Of a stretch of DNA of 63,019 nt, positions 28,373-37,585 are shown piece by piece (the first letter of the stretch is position 1; every line of letters starts with the position of its first letter). Source of the stretch: Bacteroidales bacterium UBA5235 (GTDB lineage Bacteria > Bacteroidota > Bacteroidia > Bacteroidales > VadinHA17); contig DHUL01000036.1 of NCBI GenBank assembly GCA_002409145.1, positions 14,671 through 77,689 on the forward strand, read 5' to 3'. Made by a program: the position numbers and the translations under genes. The notes beneath the pieces were generated by a model. The model was not told where the DNA came from. It was given only the letters and a program-made list of their open reading frames with translations, and ran no database searches.

Positions 28373-29538
28373 AACCATTCAGACTTTCCAGGATACCGCG
28401 GATCCTGTTCAGAAACGGTGCTATCAATGATCTGCCGGCCATTGCTGAAAGTTATGGTAAAAACCTTGTTCTGGTCACCGGGACAAGGTCATTTGCAGCC
28501 TCGGACCGCGCTGACCACCTTCGCGGACAGCTCATCGCCAGGGGTGTTGAGATTTATCAGGTAACCGTTGCCGGGGAACCGTCACCTGTATTGGTTGACG
28601 AATCTGTGAGACAGCTGAAGGAAGCCGGGATCTCACTCGTTGTGAGCATCGGCGGTGGAAGCGTTATGGATACCGGTAAAGCCATATCAGCCATGCTGAC
28701 AACTGACGGGTCAGTGACTGAATACCTTGAGGTTATCGGTACCAGGGAACACTCCGGCACAAAAGTGCCGTTCATTGCTGTACCCACAACCTCGGGCACA
28801 GGGAGCGAGGCCACCCGGAACGCCGTAATCTCGCAGGTGGGGAAGGATGGCTTTAAACGCTCGCTGCGTCATGACAACTTTGTACCTGACCTGGCAATAG
28901 TTGATCCCGGACTTACACTGAACTGTCCGCCGGAGATTACTGCTGCTGCCGGCATGGACTGCTTTACCCAACTCGCCGAGGCATACCTTTCCGATAAGTC
29001 CGGTGCTTTGACCGGTGCCCTGGCCGTTGATGGGCTCAGGGCCGTCAGCCGGTCACTTCTGAGAGCATTCACAGACGGTGATGATATTGAAGCAAGGTCT
29101 GACATGTCATATGCTGCCCTGATGTCAGGCATTTGCCTCGCCAACGCCGGTTTGGGAGCCGTTCACGGGCTGGCAGGCACCATCGGAGCATTGTTCGGGA
29201 TACCCCACGGTGTGGCCTGCGGAACCCTGATGGCTCCGACCAATGAATTGAATGTAAGAGAATTGCGCAGGATGAATAACCAGGAAACCGTGCTGGCAAA
29301 GTACGCATCCCTGGGCAGGATTTTTGCAGACGCCTCAGAGAAGAATGACAGTTATTACATTGACTTCTTCATTGACTACCTCCGTGCAGTAACATACCGC
29401 CTTAATCTGCCTGATCTTGCGTTTTATGGCCTGCACCGGGAAGATCTGTCTGAAATTGCGTCTAATTCCGATTGTAAAAACAACCCGGTCAGTCTTTCAG
29501 AGGAGCAGATGCTGGAGATACTTCTGAAAAGAATCTGA
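28366..29538 (+). CDS. Group III iron-containing alcohol dehydrogenase
   Basis: GGGSVMDTGKA, VPTTSGTGSE and the histidine-rich metal site (HGLAGTIGALFGIPHG). GTG start overlapping the LsrG-like gene by 7 nt. Confidence 0.85.
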   Translation: MVKPFRLSRIPRILFRNGAINDLPAIAESYGKNLVLVTGTRSFAASDRADHLRGQLIARGVEIYQVTVAGEPSPVLVDESVRQLKEAGISLVVSIGGGSVMDTGKAISAMLTTDGSVTEYLEVIGTREHSGTKVPFIAVPTTSGTGSEATRNAVISQVGKDGFKRSLRHDNFVPDLAIVDPGLTLNCPPEITAAAGMDCFTQLAEAYLSDKSGALTGALAVDGLRAVSRSLLRAFTDGDDIEARSDMSYAALMSGICLANAGLGAVHGLAGTIGALFGIPHGVACGTLMAPTNELNVRELRRMNNQETVLAKYASLGRIFADASEKNDSYYIDFFIDYLRAVTYRLNLPDLAFYGLHREDLSEIASNSDCKNNPVSLSEEQMLEILLKRI

Positions 29539-29567
29539 GATCCGGTAGCCAAAACAAAGAATCAGTC

Positions 29568-30023
29568 ATGGAGATTAAATTCATCCTTGATGTTCACCTC
29601 GGAAGGCTCGCAAAGTATCTGAGGTTGTGCGGGTTTGATACGCTGTTCAGCACATTTTACGACGATCGAGAGATTACTGATATCGCCCGCAGGGAAGGGA
29701 GGGTGATATTGACGCGTGACAGGCTTCTGATCAGGGGAGCCCGGGAGGTGAAAGGGTACCTGGTGAAGTCGCAGAACCACGATGAGCAGCTCCGGGAGGT
29801 GTTCGGAGCACTTGAGCTCAGGGACCATGTCAGGCTTTTTTCGAGGTGCATAACCTGTAATACACTGCTGGAAGATGTAAGGAAGGAGGAGATAGCTGAC
29901 AGGCTTCTGGCTGACACAAGAAGGTATTTCTCCGTTTTCAGGAGGTGCCCCGGTTGTGGAAGGATCTACTGGGAGGGATCTCATTATGAAAACATGAAGA
30001 AGAGCCTTGCATCATTGCTTTGA
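29568..30023 (+). CDS. Mut7-C RNase-domain (PIN-like, DUF82) protein with C-terminal zinc ribbon
   Basis: 151 aa: FILDVHLGRLAKYLRLCGFD, ILTRD, CITCN...CPGCGRIYWEGSHY. Confidence 0.7.
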   Translation: MEIKFILDVHLGRLAKYLRLCGFDTLFSTFYDDREITDIARREGRVILTRDRLLIRGAREVKGYLVKSQNHDEQLREVFGALELRDHVRLFSRCITCNTLLEDVRKEEIADRLLADTRRYFSVFRRCPGCGRIYWEGSHYENMKKSLASLL

Positions 30024-30198
30024 ACCACATACTGATCAGACCAGGATATTTAGATGTAATCAGTGAAATTTAATAATTTTGAAGCCTTGATTTCGTCCGG
30101 CTGATGTCCGGGCTGACGTTCATGACATTACCTTCTGAGAGAGTGACTGACGACGCAGGCCGGAGCAGGGTTGGAAAAATATTTATCTGAAAAGACAT

Positions 30199-32874
30199 AT
30201 GACAGAAGCGTACAGAAAAGAAGTTGCTGACCTTGTCAGGGAACTCGGCGCCAACGAATCATCCGGGCTGACCTCGGCTGAAGTAAAGCAGAGACAGGAA
30301 CAGTACGGATTTAACCAGCTCGAGTCAAAATCGAAAAAGAGTTTTCTGCGAATGTTCATGGAGCAGTTCAGAAGCTTCATGATAATAATCCTGCTGATTG
30401 CGGCAGTCATCTCAGGTGTAGTCGGGGTAATGGAGGGAGAGGGGCTTCTCGATACATATATCATTCTTGGAATTCTGATCGTCAATGCACTCATCGGGGC
30501 TGTCCAGGAGAAGAAGGCGGAAACCTCCCTGGAGGCTTTGAAGGAGCTTGCATCGCCATTGTCGAAGGTGCTTCGCGATGGCGCCATCTCCGAAGTGAAC
30601 ACCAGGGATCTGGTCCCGGGAGACATTGTCATCCTGGAGACCGGCGCAGTGATCCCGGCTGACATCAGGCTTACTGAGGCCATAAACCTCAAGATTCAGG
30701 AATCCTCGCTCACGGGCGAGAGTGTCCCTGTTGACAAGTTAACCAGTGCATTGACGGGAGATGATATTCCGCTTGGTGACAGGAAGAATATGGCTTTCTC
30801 GAGCGGTATGGTCACTTATGGCAGGGGCAGGGGAGTTGTAGCAGCCACGGGCATGCATACAGAGGTTGGCAAGATAGCTGACATGCTTCAACATGCCGGT
30901 GAGACTGAAACCCCGATGAGCAAAAGACTTAACCAACTGGGGCGGCTCCTTGGCATAGTAGCCCTGGCAATCTGCACTGTCATTTTTATTGTAGGGGTGC
31001 TCTACGGCAATTCGGTGATCAGCATGTTCATGACTGCAGTGAGCCTTGCAGTTGCGGCCATCCCCGAAGGGCTGCCTGCAGTATCTACGATTGTTCTTGC
31101 GATGGGTGTTCAGCGTATGGTAAAACGTAATGCCATAATAAGAACGCTTCCTTCAGTCGAAACGCTTGGCAGCGCCACTGTAATCTGCTCCGACAAAACC
31201 GGAACGCTGACACAGAACAGGATGACAGTTGTGGAAGCATATGTCAATCACAAGCATGATGTGATTAACAGGAGTGCTCCCGGAAGTGTCCTGAATGATG
31301 AGGAGAACAGACTGCTTTCCATCTCAGTTCTCTGTGCTGATGCTACGATGAAAGTCAATCAGGACGGAAAGTTCACCTTCACCGGAGACCCGACCGAGAC
31401 AGCCCTGCTTGATTTCGGGGTGCTCTACAATGTTTATAAGGATGAGCTTGAGAAATCATTTCCAAGGGTAGCTGAAATACCATTCGACTCCGGGCGGAAA
31501 AGAATGACCACCGTCAACAGGATGGGAGAGAAGGAAACGAGAGTGAATGTCAAGGGAGGCCTTGACGAGGTGCTGAGCGTTTGTGACAAGATCGTCATAA
31601 TGGGAGAGGTCAGGTCCATGGATAAAGATGACATCGTGAAGATCCGCGAAGCCAATGAAAGTATGGCCAATTCAGCACTCAGGGTGCTTGCAATGGCTTA
31701 TAAGGATTATCATGAGGCCCCGCAACAGGTGACAATAGGGCAGATTGAGAACGGGCTGACCTTTATTGGATTGCTGGGTATGATTGACCCTGCGAGGCCG
31801 GAGGTGGCCGATGCCGTCGCCAGATGCAATGCTGCCGGTATCCGTCCTGTGATGATCACCGGTGACCATAAGAGCACTGCACTTGCTATTGCCCGTGAGA
31901 TAGGTATTTACCGTGAGGGTGATGTGGCAATCACCGGCACCGAACTGGAGAAACTCAGTGATGAGGAGCTGGAAAAATCTGTGCACAGTTTCTCAGTCTA
32001 TGCAAGGGTAGCACCGGAACATAAGGTACGGATAGTCAAGGCATGGCAGAGCCACTCAGAGGTGGTGGCGATGACCGGTGACGGTGTGAATGATGCCCCT
32101 GCACTAAAGCAGGCAGACATTGGGGCTGCTATGGGTATTGTTGGAACTGATGTGGCCAAGGGTGCCGCAGACATGATTCTCACCGATGATAACTTTGCCA
32201 CCATTGTCTCAGCCGTGGAGGAAGGAAGGAGGATTTACGACAATATACTCAAGGTAATACAATACCTTTTATCTACAAATGTGGGCGAAATATTCCTGAT
32301 CCTGGTGACTTCAGTCTTTAATATGGGAATGCCTCTGCTGCCGATACATATCTTGTGGATCAACCTTGTCACCGACAGTCTGCCTGCACTTGCCATAAGT
32401 GTCGATCCGCCTGAGAAGGGGATCATGAACCGCAAACCGCGCAACACGATGAAGGGATTCATGACCAAAGGGATGGTATGGCGTGTGATCTATCAGGGAC
32501 TGATGATCGGCTGCATTCCACTTGTATCATATGTGATTGGATTGCATGATGGTGGTGAGGTGCTGGGCCGCACCATGGCATTCGCCACGCTGATGTTCGC
32601 TCAGCTGGTCCATGTACGTAACCTCCACTCCAATGAAAAGTCATCGCTCCTGTACAATCCATTAAGGAACAAGGCATTGATCGGGGCAATTTTTGCCTCT
32701 GCCATGATCGGGCTGATCGTTCTGCTCGTGCCGCCGGTGCGTGAAGCCTTCAGTCTGGCGGTAATGGACAGTGAACACTGGATTATTGTGATCCTTATGG
32801 CGTTGGCTCCAATACCCGTTGTTGAGCTGTTCAAGCTGTTCAAAATCAACGGAGTGAAGAGCGACAATGATTAG
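30199..32874 (+). CDS. P-type cation-transporting ATPase (P2A/Ca2+-type)
   Basis: 891 aa with TGES, CSDKTGTLTQN, MITGDH and MTGDGVNDAPALKQADIG motifs and ten predicted TM segments. Confidence 0.93.
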   Translation: MTEAYRKEVADLVRELGANESSGLTSAEVKQRQEQYGFNQLESKSKKSFLRMFMEQFRSFMIIILLIAAVISGVVGVMEGEGLLDTYIILGILIVNALIGAVQEKKAETSLEALKELASPLSKVLRDGAISEVNTRDLVPGDIVILETGAVIPADIRLTEAINLKIQESSLTGESVPVDKLTSALTGDDIPLGDRKNMAFSSGMVTYGRGRGVVAATGMHTEVGKIADMLQHAGETETPMSKRLNQLGRLLGIVALAICTVIFIVGVLYGNSVISMFMTAVSLAVAAIPEGLPAVSTIVLAMGVQRMVKRNAIIRTLPSVETLGSATVICSDKTGTLTQNRMTVVEAYVNHKHDVINRSAPGSVLNDEENRLLSISVLCADATMKVNQDGKFTFTGDPTETALLDFGVLYNVYKDELEKSFPRVAEIPFDSGRKRMTTVNRMGEKETRVNVKGGLDEVLSVCDKIVIMGEVRSMDKDDIVKIREANESMANSALRVLAMAYKDYHEAPQQVTIGQIENGLTFIGLLGMIDPARPEVADAVARCNAAGIRPVMITGDHKSTALAIAREIGIYREGDVAITGTELEKLSDEELEKSVHSFSVYARVAPEHKVRIVKAWQSHSEVVAMTGDGVNDAPALKQADIGAAMGIVGTDVAKGAADMILTDDNFATIVSAVEEGRRIYDNILKVIQYLLSTNVGEIFLILVTSVFNMGMPLLPIHILWINLVTDSLPALAISVDPPEKGIMNRKPRNTMKGFMTKGMVWRVIYQGLMIGCIPLVSYVIGLHDGGEVLGRTMAFATLMFAQLVHVRNLHSNEKSSLLYNPLRNKALIGAIFASAMIGLIVLLVPPVREAFSLAVMDSEHWIIVILMALAPIPVVELFKLFKINGVKSDND

Positions 32875-32900
32875 GACCGCAGATTCTGACTGAAGGTGAC

Positions 32901-34115
32901 ATGAAAAGCGAAGGCAGGGAGGATAATGCATCCGGAAAGGGATTGTACAGGACAAAGATATTCGGGTTCGAACGAAATATTCTTTTTACCGGCCTGACCA
33001 GTTTTCTTACGGACACATCGGTCAAGATGATTTATTCGGTCATGCCGATGTTTTTAATGTCCATAGGAGCCTCAAAGGCGAGCCTGGGGCTCATAGAAGG
33101 CGTTGCCGAGAGCACGGCTTCTCTCATTAAGGCTTTTTCAGGTTTCTGGAGTGACAGGATAGGCAGGAACAAGCCCTTCATGCTGGCTGGTTATGCCATC
33201 TCTGCAGTCATACTTCCACTATATGCCTTCGTCATCTCACCGATACAGGTCCTGGTTCTCAGGTTTGCCGAGAGACTCGGCAAGGGTATCCGCACTGCTC
33301 CCCGGGACAGCCTCATTGCTGCTTCGGTCGCAAATAATGGGACCGGCAGAGCGTTTGGCCTGCAGAAGGCGATGGACAACAGTGGTGCTATAGCAGGACC
33401 TCTTATAGCCTTTGCCATCCTCAGCCTATTTCCGGACAACTACCGGCTCATATTCCTGCTTGCCGGGATACCTGCCATCGCAGGGATTTTCGTCATAATA
33501 TTCGGGATAAAGGAGGTGAGAAAGAAGAATACAGAGCTGCTTCAAGAGTTCCGCTTCAGGGATTTTCCGAAACGGTATTGGTTCTTTCTTGCCATCATCT
33601 TTATTTTTACCCTTGGCAACTCAACCGATGCATTGCTTCTTGTCAAAGCCAACGAGGCGGGGATAAAGGTCGCTTTCATTCCACTGGTCTATCTTATAAC
33701 CAATGTTGTATCAGTTGTTGCTGCAATACCTGCCGGAGCACTCTCTGACAGGATAGGGAAGGAGAAGCTGCTGATAGCGGGATTCCTTATCTATGCGGTT
33801 GTATATCTTTTTTTCGGCATGAATGTAGATGAGGGTACTCTCTTTGCTCTCTTTGCCCTTTACGGGTTGTACTCCGCAGCCACTGACGGCATCCAGAAGG
33901 CGTTTGTTGCTGATGTTGCTGACGCCAGCAGGAGAGGGACGGCACTCGGCATTTACAATGCAATGCTCGGGATAACCCTTCTTCCTGCCAGCCTTATTGC
34001 TGGTGTTCTCTATGACAGGGTCAATTCATCCGTCCCGTTCATTTTCGGCGCAGCCATGGCGCTGCTGGCCGCCCTTTTAATGGTAGTATACATGGTTACA
34101 GGCAAGAGGCAGTAG
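32901..34115 (+). CDS. MFS transporter
   Basis: 404 aa with 12 hydrophobic segments and a GxxSDRIGR motif present twice (WSDRIGRNK, LSDRIGKEK). Confidence 0.8.
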   Translation: MKSEGREDNASGKGLYRTKIFGFERNILFTGLTSFLTDTSVKMIYSVMPMFLMSIGASKASLGLIEGVAESTASLIKAFSGFWSDRIGRNKPFMLAGYAISAVILPLYAFVISPIQVLVLRFAERLGKGIRTAPRDSLIAASVANNGTGRAFGLQKAMDNSGAIAGPLIAFAILSLFPDNYRLIFLLAGIPAIAGIFVIIFGIKEVRKKNTELLQEFRFRDFPKRYWFFLAIIFIFTLGNSTDALLLVKANEAGIKVAFIPLVYLITNVVSVVAAIPAGALSDRIGKEKLLIAGFLIYAVVYLFFGMNVDEGTLFALFALYGLYSAATDGIQKAFVADVADASRRGTALGIYNAMLGITLLPASLIAGVLYDRVNSSVPFIFGAAMALLAALLMVVYMVTGKRQ

Positions 34116-34200
34116 GCAATAGTGGATTTGCGAGTTACAATTTGCGAATTGCGAGTTCTGATTTCCTATTCGCAAATCGCAAATCGCAAATCGCAAATCT
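34108..34200. repeat. Composite 7-nt-periodic array: GGCAGTA-type units, degenerate GATTTGC units, then inverted (CGCAAAT)x4
   Basis: Direct reading: ggcagta ggcaata gtggatt tgcgagt tacaatt tgcgaat tgcgagt tctgatt tcctatt cgcaaat cgcaaat cgcaaat cgcaaat. The left and right halves are mutually complementary (GATTTGCG at 34125-34132 with CGCAAATC at 34192-34199). Confidence 0.9.
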
Positions 34201-34207
34201 TCAGACC

Positions 34208-35152
34208 TTATTTGGCGATTGGTCCGGCCGGAACCTCTTCAACCTTCCGTTCGCGTCTGCCGGTGTAACCAAAGAACCATATCAGTGAGAGTGAGATGAT
34301 AGCCATACCGGTGACAGTCACCCAGTCGGCATTCTCACCCGGCACAATTATCCAGCTCAGGATGGCACCGAAGACGGGTATTATGAACTTCCAGAGATTC
34401 AATTCGCTTACCTTCACCTCGGGGCGTTTCAAAAGCACGTACCATTTGGAGAAGGTGAAGGCTGACATGAAGGCAAGCCATGCCAGGACCAGCCAGTAGC
34501 TAAGCGGGAAGCCGGGTTTTAATGGAACATCTTCAAATCCGAATGACAGGAAGAACATGATCAGGCCACCGGTGAACAAAGAGAATGAACTCAATACCAG
34601 CGGATTCATGTTTTTCCCTTTCTTTGAAACGAGGACGTTGCTTGTGGCGGTGGAGATATTGGCGATGAATATCATGATAATTCCTGCTATCTCGCCCGGC
34701 AGGCCAAAATGAAATCCCTGCCGTCCGACACTCACAAGTACAATACCCATAAGACCGAATAGGATGGTTATGACCTTGGCACGTGTAAACCGCTCCTCCC
34801 TGATCATTATCCGTGATACTATAGCTGTCACGAAAGGCTGTGACCCTACAATAACCGCACCCAGGGCGCCAGGCACTCGGTTCATGCCTAAATAGAACAG
34901 CATGTAGTTGATGAGTGTCTGGAGGATGGTTACCCAGATGGCAAGGCTGCGGTTCTCTTTGATCATCCTGATGTATTCCCGGGGCCTTACCGTAAACGGC
35001 AGGATCATGAGCCCCGAAATGATAAACCTGGTTCCCGCGAAGTGAAGGGGTGTTGAATATTGTAGTCCTACCTTTATGAAGGGATAAGCGGTTGACCACA
35101 TCAGGCATGTTATGATTGCCCAGATGATGGTGTTGGTATGGCGTACAGACAT
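34208..35152 (-). CDS. DMT-superfamily (EamA-like) transporter
   Basis: Ten hydrophobic segments in two EamA-like halves. The ATG at 35152 is preferred over the TTG at 35173. Confidence 0.8.
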   Translation of the reverse strand: MSVRHTNTIIWAIITCLMWSTAYPFIKVGLQYSTPLHFAGTRFIISGLMILPFTVRPREYIRMIKENRSLAIWVTILQTLINYMLFYLGMNRVPGALGAVIVGSQPFVTAIVSRIMIREERFTRAKVITILFGLMGIVLVSVGRQGFHFGLPGEIAGIIMIFIANISTATSNVLVSKKGKNMNPLVLSSFSLFTGGLIMFFLSFGFEDVPLKPGFPLSYWLVLAWLAFMSAFTFSKWYVLLKRPEVKVSELNLWKFIIPVFGAILSWIIVPGENADWVTVTGMAIISLSLIWFFGYTGRRERKVEEVPAGPIAK

Positions 35153-35185
35153 CAGGTTCAGATAAGACTGCAAATATCGTTTTTT

Positions 35186-37450
35186 TTAGTTTTCCTTCTT
35201 GTTCCGGTCCGGTGGTTTTATTCCAAGCAGGTTTTCCACGAAGAAATCCATCCTTCGGCGTTCGCCATAGGTTCCGCCGCTGCTGTGTTGCATGCCTGGC
35301 ACCAGCAGGTAGTCAAAGTCTTTCCCTGCCTTGATGAGAGCGTTGACAAGCTGCGTGGTTGAGGCAGGGTCAACATTGTTGTCCATCTCACCATTGATCA
35401 GCAGAAGCTTCCCTTTCAGCAGGTGCGCGTTCTCAACATTTGATGACTCGATATAGCTCTGGTCAACTGGCCATCCCATCCACTGTTCATTCCACCATAT
35501 TTTGTCCATTCTGTTGTCATGACAGCCGCATGATGATACAGCAACATCATAGAATTCGGGGTGGAACAGCAGTGCTCCGGTTGAATTCTGTCCGCCTGCC
35601 GAGGTGCCGTAGATACCCACCCGGTCAATGTCAATGTACGGGTATTTTTCTGCTGCGGCCTTCATCCAGAGGATCCTGTCAGGGAAACCGGCATCCTTAA
35701 TATTCTTCCATGCCACATCGTGAAACTTCTTCGACCTGTTGGAGGTGCCCATACCGTCAATCTGCACGACTATGAAACCAAGTTCAGCCAGTGAGTTCAT
35801 GTTGCTGAACGTGGGCCGGAACGATTTTGGAACGAAGCTGCTGTGCGGGCCGGCGTAAATGTTCTCAATAACAGGGTATGTACGTGAGGGATCAAAGTTG
35901 AGGGGCCGGATGATTATTCCCCAGATGTCAGTGACACCGTCACGCCCTTTGGCAGTGAATACCTCCGGGTACTGCCATCCTGTGGCCAGCAGGTCTTTGA
36001 CATCCGCCTCAGCCAGTTTCATCACCTCGCTGCCGTCTGCCATACTGCGCACTACTGAGACCGGGGGCATGTCAACCCTTGACCATGTGTCAACGAAATA
36101 CTTACCGTTGTCTGAAAAGACAGCCTCATGGTTCCCGTCAGCAGGAGTAAGATGGGTGAGCCCCGAACCGTCAAATCCGATCCGGTAATAATGAATCAGA
36201 TATGGATCACCCTTCTCACGGCCGGAAGCCATGAAGATGATGCTGCGCTCCTTCTCATCAATGCTGACGACGCCTCGAACGAGCCATTCTCCCTTTGTGA
36301 TCTGGTTCTTCACCTTTCCGTTGTCACCGTCATAGAGCCAGAGATGATTCCATCCGTCGCGCTCAGAAGCCCAGATAATTTCACCGGTGCCCTTCACATC
36401 GTACCTGTAGCGTTTTCCGCTGTAATCGATGAAGGTGGGTGACTGTTCGTCAATGATCACGCTCATCTTTCCGGTAGCGGCATCGATCCTCATTACCCTG
36501 TAAACCTGGTGTCCGCGTTTGTTATATTCAAAAGTAAGGGAGTTGCCGGAAGAGTCCCAGCGGAATTCACCGAGGCTGTACTGGTTGAGGATCATTGACT
36601 CGTCAACAGTGATGTGCTTCTTACCGGCAACGTCAAAGATCTGCGGAAAGAACTGGGGAACGGCATCACCCGGTTTCGGATACTCGTAGGAGTAATATTT
36701 CGGCTGCAGCTGATCTTCTGGTGATGACTCCACATATGATATCATGTGTTTCTCGGCAGGGACAACAAGGTATGCCATGATTTTTTTCGAATCAGGCGAC
36801 CAGTATGCCGATGCAGAGTAGTATTTACCTATCCCGCCGTCATGGCTGAGCTGGTACTCCTTCTTCTCCTTCAGCATCCTTACCCAGAGGTTATAGTCAC
36901 GTATGAATGCCGTCATCGTTTTGTCAGGCGAGGTGTCAGGTCTTCCGGTGAGTTCATCGCGGAAGCCCCACGGCCACCTGTCGTCTCCACCCCATGTAAA
37001 TGGTCTTCTGGCTTCACGTTCCCTGGTTACGGTGTATTTTTTCAGGTCACATTTGTATATTACCCCGGAATACTCGAAGGTCATAGACTTCAGGTCATCC
37101 GCCATGGCCAGGTTCCTTATCGGGAGATCGGCAGCCATGACTGTGTCAGGGGTGACCTTCCCGAGAGCGTCAGCCAGCTTTGTGGCATCAAATGCCTTTT
37201 TTCTTGTCTTTTTCACAGCATCAACAAGGATAAAATCCTTCCCTGCCGGGGACCTGTCCTCAATGACCAGCATGTCGGTTGTGCCTACCCATGCAGGCCG
37301 GATGTCACTGTGCCATACCTTTCCGGAAAGCTGTTTGCCAATATTGTCAGCCCTCTCATAATCCTTTTCCGTCCCCTGTGCCCTACCCGGAAAAATAACG
37401 GTAACGGCTAATATAAAAGACAAGAAACCGCAGATCAAAGTTCTGTTCAT
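35186..37450 (-). CDS. S9-family serine peptidase with DPP-IV-type N-terminal propeller
   Basis: 754 aa with a signal peptide, a long beta-propeller region and a C-terminal alpha/beta hydrolase domain with nucleophile elbow GIYGTSAGG and downstream D and H contexts. Confidence 0.85.
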   Translation of the reverse strand: MNRTLICGFLSFILAVTVIFPGRAQGTEKDYERADNIGKQLSGKVWHSDIRPAWVGTTDMLVIEDRSPAGKDFILVDAVKKTRKKAFDATKLADALGKVTPDTVMAADLPIRNLAMADDLKSMTFEYSGVIYKCDLKKYTVTREREARRPFTWGGDDRWPWGFRDELTGRPDTSPDKTMTAFIRDYNLWVRMLKEKKEYQLSHDGGIGKYYSASAYWSPDSKKIMAYLVVPAEKHMISYVESSPEDQLQPKYYSYEYPKPGDAVPQFFPQIFDVAGKKHITVDESMILNQYSLGEFRWDSSGNSLTFEYNKRGHQVYRVMRIDAATGKMSVIIDEQSPTFIDYSGKRYRYDVKGTGEIIWASERDGWNHLWLYDGDNGKVKNQITKGEWLVRGVVSIDEKERSIIFMASGREKGDPYLIHYYRIGFDGSGLTHLTPADGNHEAVFSDNGKYFVDTWSRVDMPPVSVVRSMADGSEVMKLAEADVKDLLATGWQYPEVFTAKGRDGVTDIWGIIIRPLNFDPSRTYPVIENIYAGPHSSFVPKSFRPTFSNMNSLAELGFIVVQIDGMGTSNRSKKFHDVAWKNIKDAGFPDRILWMKAAAEKYPYIDIDRVGIYGTSAGGQNSTGALLFHPEFYDVAVSSCGCHDNRMDKIWWNEQWMGWPVDQSYIESSNVENAHLLKGKLLLINGEMDNNVDPASTTQLVNALIKAGKDFDYLLVPGMQHSSGGTYGERRRMDFFVENLLGIKPPDRNKKEN

Positions 37451-37585
37451 CGCCCGACTTTTTTAATTTTATGCATAGGTAGAACAAATTGCGTGTATGC
37501 TAAACACTTTTTGAATGTTTTATGACTTAATTTACCATGCTTTCGCATTTTTTAAGTGTTACATGATAATGAAGGGAATCAGGTA

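Noticed and set aside
30024-30198. yybP-ykoY (Mn2+) or M-box (Mg2+) riboswitch upstream of the P-type ATPase
   Set aside because: The only resemblance is a superficial TCATGACATTA against UUGACAUA. The conserved GGGGAGUAG 5' block and the four-helix arrangement are absent.
36746-37411. 221-aa ORF antisense to the S9/DPP-IV-like peptidase
   Set aside because: It is a shadow ORF within a well-supported 754-aa gene. The same applies to 35859-36188, 36128-36442 and 36903-37361.
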